Positions 39,866-48,515 of a stretch of 64,000 bases of DNA are shown here, piece after piece (position 1 is the first letter of the stretch; every line of letters begins with the position of its first letter). The stretch spans positions 128,001 through 192,000 of the forward strand of contig CAVUXE010000029.1 of NCBI GenBank assembly GCA_963745235.1. Direction: 5' to 3'. The stretch comes from an uncultured Spirochaetota bacterium (GTDB lineage: Bacteria > Spirochaetota > Spirochaetia > SZUA-6 > Fen-1364). The translations under genes were made by a program, and so were the position numbers. Below the pieces are notes generated by a model. That model saw only the letters and a program-made list of their open reading frames with translations. It searched no databases and was not told where the DNA came from.

Positions 39866-41150
39866 TTTCTGCCTCCTGTCTCTGCGCTTTTTCGAGCTTA
39901 TTGTGAAGGAACGCCCGTTCCGTTTCGTTTTGCACGAGCCCAAGCGCCTCGCGATAGAACTCAGCGGCTTTCATCGGATCGCCGGCGCGCTCATGCAGCT
40001 CACCGAAAGTCGCCGGGAGCAGGTAGTACGACTGAAGGCCCGGTTCGCTCCTGATCTTTTCCAGCGCCGCCAGCCCGGCCGCGGGCCCCTCGAGCATGGC
40101 CACGGCAACCGCCCGGTTCAGCGCGGCAACGGGTGAGGGATGAAGATCCATGATCGCGTCATAGTAGAAGAGAATCCTGCGCCAGTCCGTATCCTGATAC
40201 CTCGCGGCGGCCGCGTGGCATGCGCTGATGCCGGCGAGCAGGTGGTATTCGCTGAGAGTGTGTCCCGTGCCGGCGCGGCCGAGGTGCAGAAGCCCTTCCT
40301 GGATGAGCCGGTCGTTCCAGAGGGAACGGTCCTGCTCCGCCATCAGGAGGAGGTTCCCGTGAGGGTCGGTCCGCGTCTGAAACCGGGACGCCTGGAAAAG
40401 CATGAGGGCAAGGAGCGCGTGCACCTCGGGCCGGTCTCCGATGCGATGACCCGCCAGGAGCGTACACAGGCGGATGGCCTCCGCACACAGGTCCTCCCGA
40501 ACAAGGTTGCGGCCTTCACCCACCGTGTAGCCGTCGTTGAACAGGAGATACAGTACCCGGAGCACGGCTTCGAGGCGGGGAGCGCAATACTCTGGAGGCG
40601 GAAGCGCGAAGGCCACCCGCTCCGCGGCCAGCCTTCTTTTCGCCCTGACCAGGCGCTGGGCAATTGTCTCCGGGGAGACGAGGAATGCGCGGGCAATCTC
40701 TGCGACCCCGAAGCCGCTGACGGTCTTCAGTGTCAACGCTATCTGCGCTTCGCGGGACACCACGGGATGGCAGCACAGGAACATCATCGTGAGCTGGTCG
40801 TCCCCGAAGGGGTCCTCCAGGAACCGCTCCGGATCAGCAAAGACGGGGCTCCCCGCGCCTCCAGTCTTGCGGATCTTCCCGTGGAGAACCTTCTCCCGCC
40901 GCAGGATATCGAGGGCCCGGTTCCGTGCAACCGTGGCAAGCCAGCCTCCCGGGTTGTCCGGCACGCCCCGGTAGGGCCATATCTGCAGCGCCGCCACAAG
41001 GGCCTCCTGGACGACATCCTCGGCGAGCTCAATGCGCTCCACGCCGAACAGGCGCGTCAGCATGGACACCAGCTCTCCCGCCTTGTGGCGGAAAAGGTTC
41101 CCGACAAGGCTCTCCACGGGCGCTTCCGCCGCGGCGGGGACAGTGGTCAC
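39852..41150 (-). CDS. ECF42-type sigma factor with C-terminal TPR-like extension
   Basis: AEDVVQEA, FLCCHP, AQRLVRAK, LYLLFNDGY, QDRSLW, SPVAALNRAVA; follows a YciI gene. Confidence 0.88.
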   Translation of the reverse strand: MTTVPAAAEAPVESLVGNLFRHKAGELVSMLTRLFGVERIELAEDVVQEALVAALQIWPYRGVPDNPGGWLATVARNRALDILRREKVLHGKIRKTGGAGSPVFADPERFLEDPFGDDQLTMMFLCCHPVVSREAQIALTLKTVSGFGVAEIARAFLVSPETIAQRLVRAKRRLAAERVAFALPPPEYCAPRLEAVLRVLYLLFNDGYTVGEGRNLVREDLCAEAIRLCTLLAGHRIGDRPEVHALLALMLFQASRFQTRTDPHGNLLLMAEQDRSLWNDRLIQEGLLHLGRAGTGHTLSEYHLLAGISACHAAAARYQDTDWRRILFYYDAIMDLHPSPVAALNRAVAVAMLEGPAAGLAALEKIRSEPGLQSYYLLPATFGELHERAGDPMKAAEFYREALGLVQNETERAFLHNKLEKAQRQEAENGAR

Positions 41151-41509
41151 TGCTCCCTCGCGTTGTCGGGATCTATTTCCCGGACCTCCACGGTGCCTCC
41201 GTAAGGATAGATAGGGCACGCCTGGGCGAGCTTCGCGGCTTCGTCGTAGTCGTTGGCCTCCACGACAAAGTAGCCGCCGATTGTTTCCTTGGTCTCGGGA
41301 TAGGGGCCGTCCATGACGATCCTGCCGTTGTCCATCCGCACGGTGCGCACCCCGTCGTCCTTGAGCTTTTCTCCCCCGCGCAGCCTGCCCTGGCTCATCA
41401 GGGAACGAGCCCAGTCCTCGTACTTCTGGATGGTCCGCTGGATCTCCTCCGGAGCCATTTCCCGAAACCCGGCCGAGCTTCCCCGCATGAAAAAGATGTA
41501 TTTCGCCAT
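41147..41509 (-). CDS. YciI/DGPF family protein
   Basis: DGPYPETKETIGGY, VEVRE. Confidence 0.88.
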   Translation of the reverse strand: MAKYIFFMRGSSAGFREMAPEEIQRTIQKYEDWARSLMSQGRLRGGEKLKDDGVRTVRMDNGRIVMDGPYPETKETIGGYFVVEANDYDEAAKLAQACPIYPYGGTVEVREIDPDNAREQ

Positions 41510-41551
41510 CTGCTTCCTCCCCCTGGACTCACCATGCGACTCACCCTGAAA

Positions 41552-41578
41552 GACGAACGCCGATGCCGAAAATCGACA
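41552..41578 (-). promoter_or_regulatory. ECF42-type promoter
   Basis: Minus strand TGTCGA-N17-CGTC upstream of the YciI gene, matching the published ECF42 consensus TGTCGA / CG(A/T)C. Confidence 0.7.
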
Positions 41579-41589
41579 CCCAGGGCAGT

Positions 41590-42891
41590 TTATTTCCACG
41601 ACCAGAACGCCGAGTCGCCGGCGGTCAGGAACCGGGGTTTGGCGCTGCCGTCTGCTCGAGCAACGTACACCGCGGGGTCCCCGTGCGGGGAAAGCGCGGT
41701 GAACACGATGCGGCTGCTGTCTGGCGACCAGATGGTGGCGGACCTCTGGTACTGGTCGAAGAAGGGGAGGATGCTGAGAAGGCCCCGCGTGGCCGGGAAT
41801 CGAGCTATGGTCCACGTCTTCGCGGTGGTCGCGTCGCAGCCCACAATCCTGAGGTTGAGCTGATCCGGGGAGGCCTGGAACAGGGGGTCCGTTCCGCCGG
41901 AAGTGTCCGGCACAATGAGCGCGAGCCTCCGTCCGTCCGGGGCCCAGAAGAATGCGAGCACGGGAGCTTCCGTCACCTTCGTGGACACCGGCGTGCCGCG
42001 CAAGGAGACGATGCTGAGGATTCCCTGCGGCACCGGCTGCACACGGAATGCCGCCAGGTAGGCCACGTGATTCCCGTCCGGCGCGAATCCGAAGTAGGCC
42101 GTGCCCGTGTCGGTGGCTATGGTGCGCTCGGCGGAGCCGTCGAGGCCGCGCACGCGCAGAGTGAACCCGCCGTCGCTGCCCGTGGCATATGCGATGCTCC
42201 TTCCGTCCGGAGATATATCCGGGGCCTGGAAGAGGTCCGTCTGGACCGGCATGTCGGTCCTGTGGGGGACCGGGTCAAGGGTGATCATGGAAAGCCGCTC
42301 CCCCATTTTACTGCCGAGCTGCGCATTTGCATGCGCCGCCACTGAAGAGCTGTCTGCAAGCCAGTTCCAGTAGTAGGGCGCGCCCCAGTCCACCGCCGTG
42401 TACGCTTCCTGCCTGCCCGCCGGTGAGACGCCGAGCTCGAGGTCGCTTTCCCCCTTGACCTGGGACAGCAGGCTGATGCGCCGGGAATCAGGGGACCAGG
42501 AGAGGTAGAAAGGCACGATGCGGCGGGAGGAGAACAGGCGCACAGGCGCGCGGCCGCTGGCCCCGGCTGAGTAGAGCGACGCCTCCGAAACGTCCCCTGA
42601 ATGAATGACGAAACGGGAGAAGGCCAGGTGGTTGCCGTCCGGCGCCCAGGTCACGGCGGTGTACATGACGGAGGTCTCCGCCTGGGAGCCCGCATCCCCG
42701 GTGATTGCCTTGTTTCCCGTCCCCGCCTGGTCGATGACGTGCACGTTCCCATCCGGAGCAGTGAAGCTGATGAGGCCGGACCTTCTCTCCAGCAACCGCA
42801 GGAGCGGAACCTCCGCAAGGTTGACCCGGCATGATGCAAGGAGCCCGCATGCAAGCCCGAGGAACAGGAGGAGAGCCGCTCTTTGCCGCAT
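41590..42891 (-). CDS. TolB-like beta-propeller lipoprotein
   Basis: Lipobox LLASC; repeated WAPDG/WSPDS/ISPDG (PD40-like). Confidence 0.75.
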   Translation of the reverse strand: MRQRAALLLFLGLACGLLASCRVNLAEVPLLRLLERRSGLISFTAPDGNVHVIDQAGTGNKAITGDAGSQAETSVMYTAVTWAPDGNHLAFSRFVIHSGDVSEASLYSAGASGRAPVRLFSSRRIVPFYLSWSPDSRRISLLSQVKGESDLELGVSPAGRQEAYTAVDWGAPYYWNWLADSSSVAAHANAQLGSKMGERLSMITLDPVPHRTDMPVQTDLFQAPDISPDGRSIAYATGSDGGFTLRVRGLDGSAERTIATDTGTAYFGFAPDGNHVAYLAAFRVQPVPQGILSIVSLRGTPVSTKVTEAPVLAFFWAPDGRRLALIVPDTSGGTDPLFQASPDQLNLRIVGCDATTAKTWTIARFPATRGLLSILPFFDQYQRSATIWSPDSSRIVFTALSPHGDPAVYVARADGSAKPRFLTAGDSAFWSWK

Positions 42892-42906
42892 CAAGGCAAA
42901 GATACT

Positions 42907-43710
42907 TCAGAAAATGTCGACCGACCCCACCCCTGTTTCCACGAGGATTTCCAACCTGTTGGCCGCCCTGTCATAGTCAGGCGACCGGTAGCCCCCGCCC
43001 GCCTGGGGAAACCTCGCCTGGTCCACGTGAACGCCGGCCAGCGCGCTTCGCACCTGGATGGCCGCGGAGACTCCCTGGGGGACATGCAGTCTCACGGCGG
43101 CGGCCCCGGATTCCACCATCACGCGGGTGAGTCCCGCCGAGGCGGGCAGGTCTACAGTGGTCGAGCTGGCTCCCGTCTTCACGCGAAGCTCCCGGACCTG
43201 CAGTGCCGTCAGGCTGAGCCTGCTCTCGCTTGCCCCGGTCTCCAGGCTCAGGGTCAACGGGATGCCCATGGCAAGGGTGAAGTCCCAGTCCAGAAGCCCT
43301 GCCCATCCCCGGGTCCAGGGAAAGATGTAATGCGAAACGTCCCTGTCCTTCACGCGCATGTCAAGGATCAGGTGGTCCCCCTCACGCCTGCGTGATGCAT
43401 CAAGCCCTCCTCCAAAGGTGCCCGCGAGGAGAAGGTCGTTCGCCGCGGCCAGCCCGCCGCCGATCAGCAGGCGCCCCGCGCCGTGGTGCACCGTTACTGA
43501 GGCTTCTTTTGCTCCTTCCAGCGGAATGGAGACCTGCTCCCGGGGAACGCGGCCAGGACCGCCGCGGTTCCACCCGGATATCAGCCAGAGCCCAGCGCCG
43601 ATCAGGATGAGGGGCCAGAAGATCCATCCGATGCCAAGCACGATCTGGAGGAGGGCGGAGACGCCGATCAGGATGAGGACGATCCCGATGACGACACTCC
43701 AGCGCCTCAT
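42907..43710 (-). CDS. LiaF/LiaG-like envelope protein (2 TM plus beta-repeat domain)
   Basis: GIVLILIG...FWPLILIGAG, then ETGASESRL / KTGASSTTV / ESGAAAVRL repeats. Confidence 0.65.
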   Translation of the reverse strand: MRRWSVVIGIVLILIGVSALLQIVLGIGWIFWPLILIGAGLWLISGWNRGGPGRVPREQVSIPLEGAKEASVTVHHGAGRLLIGGGLAAANDLLLAGTFGGGLDASRRREGDHLILDMRVKDRDVSHYIFPWTRGWAGLLDWDFTLAMGIPLTLSLETGASESRLSLTALQVRELRVKTGASSTTVDLPASAGLTRVMVESGAAAVRLHVPQGVSAAIQVRSALAGVHVDQARFPQAGGGYRSPDYDRAANRLEILVETGVGSVDIF

Positions 43711-44222
43711 TGCTTCTGGCTCCTTCCCCGTCTGACGAGGGGACGCAGGAGGACAAGGACCCCGATCACGATCAGCACCACGGCCCACCATGGTCCGAGC
43801 CAGGGCAGACGGCCGAAGAAAGAGCCGAAGAGGAAGAACAGCAGCAGGCCGATGAGCACGGGCCATCCCCCATCCACGATCCCCTTGAGAGGTCGTCCTT
43901 CCATGGATTCATTGAGAAAGACGCCGACGCCGCTGAACGCCGGGATCAGGGCCCACGCGTATGACCACGTGTCCCACGCGCCGGTCTGGTTCTGCCAATA
44001 CAGGATGGCGCCAATGCCGCCAATGACGCACGCCGGCACCATGAGCCCCGGCGTCCAGGTTGCAAGGGCGATGACCAGGAAGACTATCCCGACCCCAATG
44101 ATGATGGACGGCCAGGAGTAGGCGCCGAAGAAGCCCGGTGCGAAGCGCGTGACGAGGAAGAAGACCCCCAGCGCAATGAGGAGAGCCCCCACAACGATGG
44201 CGGATTTCGAACGTCCCTCCAT
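43707..44222 (-). CDS. DUF5668/LiaF-like membrane protein
   Basis: GALLIALGVFFL, WPSIIIG, WAVVLIVIG; six TM segments. Confidence 0.65.
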   Translation of the reverse strand: MEGRSKSAIVVGALLIALGVFFLVTRFAPGFFGAYSWPSIIIGVGIVFLVIALATWTPGLMVPACVIGGIGAILYWQNQTGAWDTWSYAWALIPAFSGVGVFLNESMEGRPLKGIVDGGWPVLIGLLLFFLFGSFFGRLPWLGPWWAVVLIVIGVLVLLRPLVRRGRSQKQ

Positions 44223-44306
44223 ATCTGCCTCCTTGTTCTTGGCTCCGTCCCAGTATAGCCGCCGCGCCGGCGGGTGTCGAGGCCGCGACATTTTTCTTTG
44301 ACTCCC

Positions 44307-44335
44307 TTGACATGCGCGATTTCTTTCCATAGTCT
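44307..44335 (+). promoter_or_regulatory. Sigma70 promoter of hppA
   Basis: TTGACA-N17-TAGTCT. Confidence 0.6.
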
Positions 44336-44340
44336 ACCAT

Positions 44341-44381
44341 GGGTTCTTTGATCGCCGACGAGGCATGTCGGTGCGGGACCT
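44341..44381 (+). ncRNA. Candidate Na+-I (DUF1646-motif) riboswitch aptamer
   Basis: Starts at the predicted TSS. P1 GGGUUC/GGACCU, internal loop, P2 CGCCGAC/GUCGGUG. Family resemblance is from memory, not a covariance-model search. Confidence 0.45.
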
Positions 44382-44486
44382 CGGGTCTGCCGGCGGGCGG
44401 TTCGGCTGCATCCCCAAGAAGAAGAGCGTTATTCTTTTCCCCGAACCCAGCCGGACCCTTGTCATTTTCCTGCGTGGAGGAAACTC

Positions 44487-46769
44487 ATGTCTCACCTGTC
44501 GAATGCAACGATGTTCGAGACCGTCTCCCTCTGGGTGGTGCTTGGCATTGCCGTCCTCGGGCTTCTCTATGCGCTCCTTCTGCGCAAGCAGGTCCTGCGC
44601 AACGACAAGGGCAGCTCGCAGATGCAGCTCATCTGGAACGCCATCCGTGAAGGCGCTGACGCCTACCTGGGGCGGCAGCTGCGGACCATCATTCCGCTGA
44701 TCCTCATTCTGACTGTCGTTCTTTTCCTCTCCGTCTTCGTCGTGGCACCGAGCGAGGCGGCCAGCGCCCGGTTTGCAGGCTACGCGGACGGGCAGATCAG
44801 GCTGTTCGTCGGATTTGCGAGGGCAATTGCCTTCATCATGGGGGCAGTCTTCTCCCTCCTCGTCGGGCAGTTCGGCATGCGCATGGCGGTGCAGGGCAAC
44901 GTCCGTGTCGCCGCCGCGGCTCGCACCAGCTTCGCGGATGCCCTGAAGATTGCGTACCGGTCGGGGACCATCACGGGGATGCTGACCGACGGCCTCGGGC
45001 TCCTGGGCGGAACGGCCATTTTCCTCTACATGGGGATGGACGCCCCGGATGCTCTTCTGGGCTTCGGCTTCGGCGGGACCCTCCTGGCTCTCTTCATGAG
45101 GGTTGGGGGAGGCATCTACACGAAGGCCGCTGACGTCGGCGCGGACCTCGTGGGCAAAGTGGAAGCGGGCATGCCGGAGGATGACCCGCGCAACGCCGCG
45201 GTCATCGCGGACCTGGTCGGTGACAACGTCGGTGACTGCGCCGGAATGGCCGCGGACATTTTCGAGTCCTACGAGGTAACCATCGTCTCGGGATTGATCC
45301 TCGGCGTGGCGCTGGTCATGGCCACAGGAGACTTGAAGTGGATCATCTTCCCGCTGCTCGTGCGCGGGATCGGCGTCCTTTCCTCCATCGTCGGCACCTA
45401 CCTGGTGCGGGGAAGCAAGAAGGCAGGGGGAAACGAGAACGCCCTCGCCTCGATCAACAGGGGCTTCTATTCGTCGGCGGCCATCTCCCTCGTTGCATTC
45501 TTCATCCTGGCCATGCTCTACATGCACGAGTGGCGCGCGTTCCTCTCCGTGGCCGTTGGTATCATCCTGGCAATCGCTCTTGATGAGCTGACCAAGTACT
45601 TCACGGACACACACCACAAGCCGGTCAAGGACATTGCGGCGGCAACCAGAACGGGACCCGCAACCGTCATCCTGCGCGGCCTCGTGGTCGGCTTCGAGGC
45701 GACAGTCTGGCAGGCCATCGTGATCGGTCTGACAATCCTCGCCGCCGTTCTCATCTACTGGGGCCAGGACGTCGTCTACGTCCTGTACGGCGTGGCCATG
45801 ACGGGCATCGGGATGCTGACCCTGACGGGCAACAACGTCGCCATGGACTCCTTCGGCCCCATCTGCGACAACGCGAACGGGATCGGAGAAATGGCCGGGC
45901 TGGACCAGAAGGCCCGGCAGATCATGGCGGACCTGGATGCGGTGGGGAACACGACCAAGGCCATCACCAAGGGCGTTGCAATCGGCTCCGCGGTCATTGC
46001 CGCCGTGTCGCTCTTCGGATCGTTTCTCACGGACGTGTCCCTGGTGCAGAAGACTCTCGGGTTTGCAAAGGAGACCTGGCTGACCGTGACGGGCATCCGG
46101 ATCTCGGTGCCGAATGTCTTCATTGGCATGCTCATCGGAGGCACCATCCCGTGGCTGTTCTCCTCCCTCACCGTCAACTCGGTGGCGCGCGCCGCCGGGC
46201 TGATCGTGGAAGAGGTCCGGCGCCAGTTCAAGATCCCCGGCCTCCTCGAGGGCAAGGTCAAGCCTGACTACGGCCAGACAGTATCCCTGTGCACCAAGGC
46301 CGCGCAGCGGGAGCTCATTCCGTTGGCCCTGATCGCGGTCCTTTCCCCCATCGCCGTGGGGCTTCTCCTGCACGTCGAGGCCCTGGGCGGCTTCCTCGCG
46401 GGAGTCATCCTCTCCGGCCAGCTGCTGGCGGTCTTCATGGCCACCTCCGGCGGCGCGTGGGACAACGCGAAGAAGACAATTGAGGACGGCCTGTACGGCG
46501 GCAAGGGATCGGAAGCGCACAAGGCCTCAGTCATCGGCGACACGGTCGGAGATCCCCTCAAGGACACCTCGGGTCCGGCCCTCAACCCGATGATCAAGGT
46601 CATCAACCTCGTGTCCCTTCTTGCGGCGCCCCTTCTCATCTCGCTCACAATGTCCGTCGGCGTGGCAATTGCGGGAGCCGTGTGCGTCGTGATCATCCTC
46701 GGCTCCTTCTGGTTCTCCAAGCGGGGAGGATTTGCCCGGGCGGCGGGAAAGAGCGCGGCGAACTTTTGA
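44487..46769 (+). CDS. hppA: Membrane-bound ion-translocating pyrophosphatase, K+-independent type
   Basis: GGGIYTKAADVGADLVGKVE, EDDPRN, DNVGD, GNTTKA (Lys, the K+-independent signature), GDTVGDPLKD. Confidence 0.95.
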   Translation: MSHLSNATMFETVSLWVVLGIAVLGLLYALLLRKQVLRNDKGSSQMQLIWNAIREGADAYLGRQLRTIIPLILILTVVLFLSVFVVAPSEAASARFAGYADGQIRLFVGFARAIAFIMGAVFSLLVGQFGMRMAVQGNVRVAAAARTSFADALKIAYRSGTITGMLTDGLGLLGGTAIFLYMGMDAPDALLGFGFGGTLLALFMRVGGGIYTKAADVGADLVGKVEAGMPEDDPRNAAVIADLVGDNVGDCAGMAADIFESYEVTIVSGLILGVALVMATGDLKWIIFPLLVRGIGVLSSIVGTYLVRGSKKAGGNENALASINRGFYSSAAISLVAFFILAMLYMHEWRAFLSVAVGIILAIALDELTKYFTDTHHKPVKDIAAATRTGPATVILRGLVVGFEATVWQAIVIGLTILAAVLIYWGQDVVYVLYGVAMTGIGMLTLTGNNVAMDSFGPICDNANGIGEMAGLDQKARQIMADLDAVGNTTKAITKGVAIGSAVIAAVSLFGSFLTDVSLVQKTLGFAKETWLTVTGIRISVPNVFIGMLIGGTIPWLFSSLTVNSVARAAGLIVEEVRRQFKIPGLLEGKVKPDYGQTVSLCTKAAQRELIPLALIAVLSPIAVGLLLHVEALGGFLAGVILSGQLLAVFMATSGGAWDNAKKTIEDGLYGGKGSEAHKASVIGDTVGDPLKDTSGPALNPMIKVINLVSLLAAPLLISLTMSVGVAIAGAVCVVIILGSFWFSKRGGFARAAGKSAANF

Positions 46770-46860
46770 AGCCGGAGACGGCGTACTCGCTGAACGGGTG
46801 TTCCCGTATGGCGAGGCCACCCGCGTGGTGCATCGCCGAGGGGTCGGTTGAGGACGGCGC

Positions 46861-47490
46861 GTGGGGATAACGGAGGCAATTGCCGGGCTCGGGACGACAA
46901 TCGTCGGGAGCATCGGCTATGGGGGGGTCTTCCTCCTCATGGTTGCGGAGAGCATGGTGCTCCCGGTGCCCAGCGAAGCCGTCATGCCTTTTGCGGGTTT
47001 CCTGGTGGCGGACATGGCGCTGGCGCCGGGCTGGGTCATCGTGTCCGCCACGCTGGGAAGCATCGTCGGGTCACTGATCGGCTACGCGATTGGCAGGTTC
47101 GGGGGGAGGCCGTTCGTGTCGCGGTGGGGCAGGTTCCTGTTGCTGGACCAGCGGGACCTTGCCTGGACAGACCGCTTCTTCCAGTCCCGGGGAGGCGTGA
47201 CCATCCTGGTGAGCAGGTTCATCCCCATTGTGCGTCACCTCATCTCCATACCGGCGGGCATCGGGAGGATGCGGCTTCCCGGCTTCATCATTTTCACCAT
47301 CCTGGGAGCCGGCCTCTGGAACTCGTTCCTTACCTGGTGCGGCTACACGCTGAAGCGAAACTGGAACACCGTGTTGCGCTTCAGCCACGTCATCGACATC
47401 GCGGTGGTCCTCATCCTTGCGCTTCTCCTTGCGGTGTACCTGTTCCGCCATCTGCGGAGGGAACCGGCAGGTCCTCCATCAGCGCCTTGA
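46861..47490 (+). CDS. DedA family membrane protein
   Basis: MVAESMVLPVPSEAVMPFAG, SRFIPIVRHLISIPAG. Confidence 0.9.
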   Translation: MGITEAIAGLGTTIVGSIGYGGVFLLMVAESMVLPVPSEAVMPFAGFLVADMALAPGWVIVSATLGSIVGSLIGYAIGRFGGRPFVSRWGRFLLLDQRDLAWTDRFFQSRGGVTILVSRFIPIVRHLISIPAGIGRMRLPGFIIFTILGAGLWNSFLTWCGYTLKRNWNTVLRFSHVIDIAVVLILALLLAVYLFRHLRREPAGPPSAP

Positions 47491-48425
47491 TCTGACCCAG
47501 CTTCATGCCGCGCGCGGCAGCCGGGCAGGTACAGGAGCGTCGAGTCCCGCCGGCGGACCAGGGGGAACAACTTCATGGCGCGAAGGCCCTCTTCCGTCAC
47601 CGCGGCATTCTCCAGCAGCCATTTTCCCAGCGGTGTGTCCGCCGGCGAAAGCCGTGTTGCATCTCCCGTGTAGACATAATCCGGCATGTCGAACATCGCC
47701 ATGAGGTGATTCGAGGAAAGGTGATACGTGCGGCGGATCCTTTCCGACCACACCAGCGAATCCAGCCTCTCCCCGTCGATGAGCGGCGTCTCGGATCTTG
47801 ATGTAATCTCCTTGAAGATCGTCTCGTTGGAATCCTCGAAGAAACGGTTCGCCCCGTCGCGGGAGCGCGCCACCACGGCAAAGACGTTGGCCGGCGGCGC
47901 GTGGCGCTTGACGATTGCCGGCAGGTTCGGGTTCACCACGATTGCCCCTGCCAGCTTCTTGAAGGATTGCCCGCAGCAGCCCAGGTAGTCCGCGGTCGGG
48001 ACGATGGTCTCGAACAGGTCTTCCTCGCTCATCCCCAGGGCCCTGGCGGCCTCGAAGGAGCCCAGGAGCCGAAGATCATCCACGGGCTGGTGGAAATGCC
48101 GCTCAATACGCGCGCCTATCTCAGGGAAGCGCGCCAGCTCACCTCGCGGGTCGCGGGCAAACCTGAACTGGGCGGGGTAGTGGCGCTGCAGAATGGAGTC
48201 GCGCGCGAAGATGCTTCCCGGGAGGTTGGCGCAGTAGATGATCTTGCCATGAGCCCGAAGCCCCGAAAGGATTGCCCTTTCGTACGCCACGTTGTTCGTT
48301 TCAGGCCGAACATAGACCATTGTGTATGCTGAATCGTCCCCGCAATCCGCAAAACCGCTCTCCCCCCGGGGATAGGGGATGATGATGTCGGGCTTTACGG
48401 CCGGACTGGTGGAATGCGCCCCCAC
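47343..48425 (-). CDS. Hypothetical protein (both ends uncertain)
   Basis: Long protein-like ORF filling the gap between dedA and the MFS gene. Its tail overlaps dedA, so a frameshift near 47520 is probable. Confidence 0.55.
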   Translation of the reverse strand: MGAHSTSPAVKPDIIIPYPRGESGFADCGDDSAYTMVYVRPETNNVAYERAILSGLRAHGKIIYCANLPGSIFARDSILQRHYPAQFRFARDPRGELARFPEIGARIERHFHQPVDDLRLLGSFEAARALGMSEEDLFETIVPTADYLGCCGQSFKKLAGAIVVNPNLPAIVKRHAPPANVFAVVARSRDGANRFFEDSNETIFKEITSRSETPLIDGERLDSLVWSERIRRTYHLSSNHLMAMFDMPDYVYTGDATRLSPADTPLGKWLLENAAVTEEGLRAMKLFPLVRRRDSTLLYLPGCRARHEAGSDQGADGGPAGSLRRWRNRYTARRSARMRTTAMSMTWLKRNTVFQFRFSV

Positions 48426-48515
48426 AATGGTAAGGTGGCGCTCGCGAAGCCCGATGTCAAGGCAAACGGGCGTTTCGCCTTGACCGGACATCCCGCGCGG
48501 CATTATACACGTCTC

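Noticed and set aside
44334-46520. 728-aa antisense ORF opposite hppA, and similar shadows such as 25372..26907, 36995..38482 and 56199..57797
   Set aside because: Expected from high-GC codon bias on the opposite strand of real genes; no recognisable motifs.
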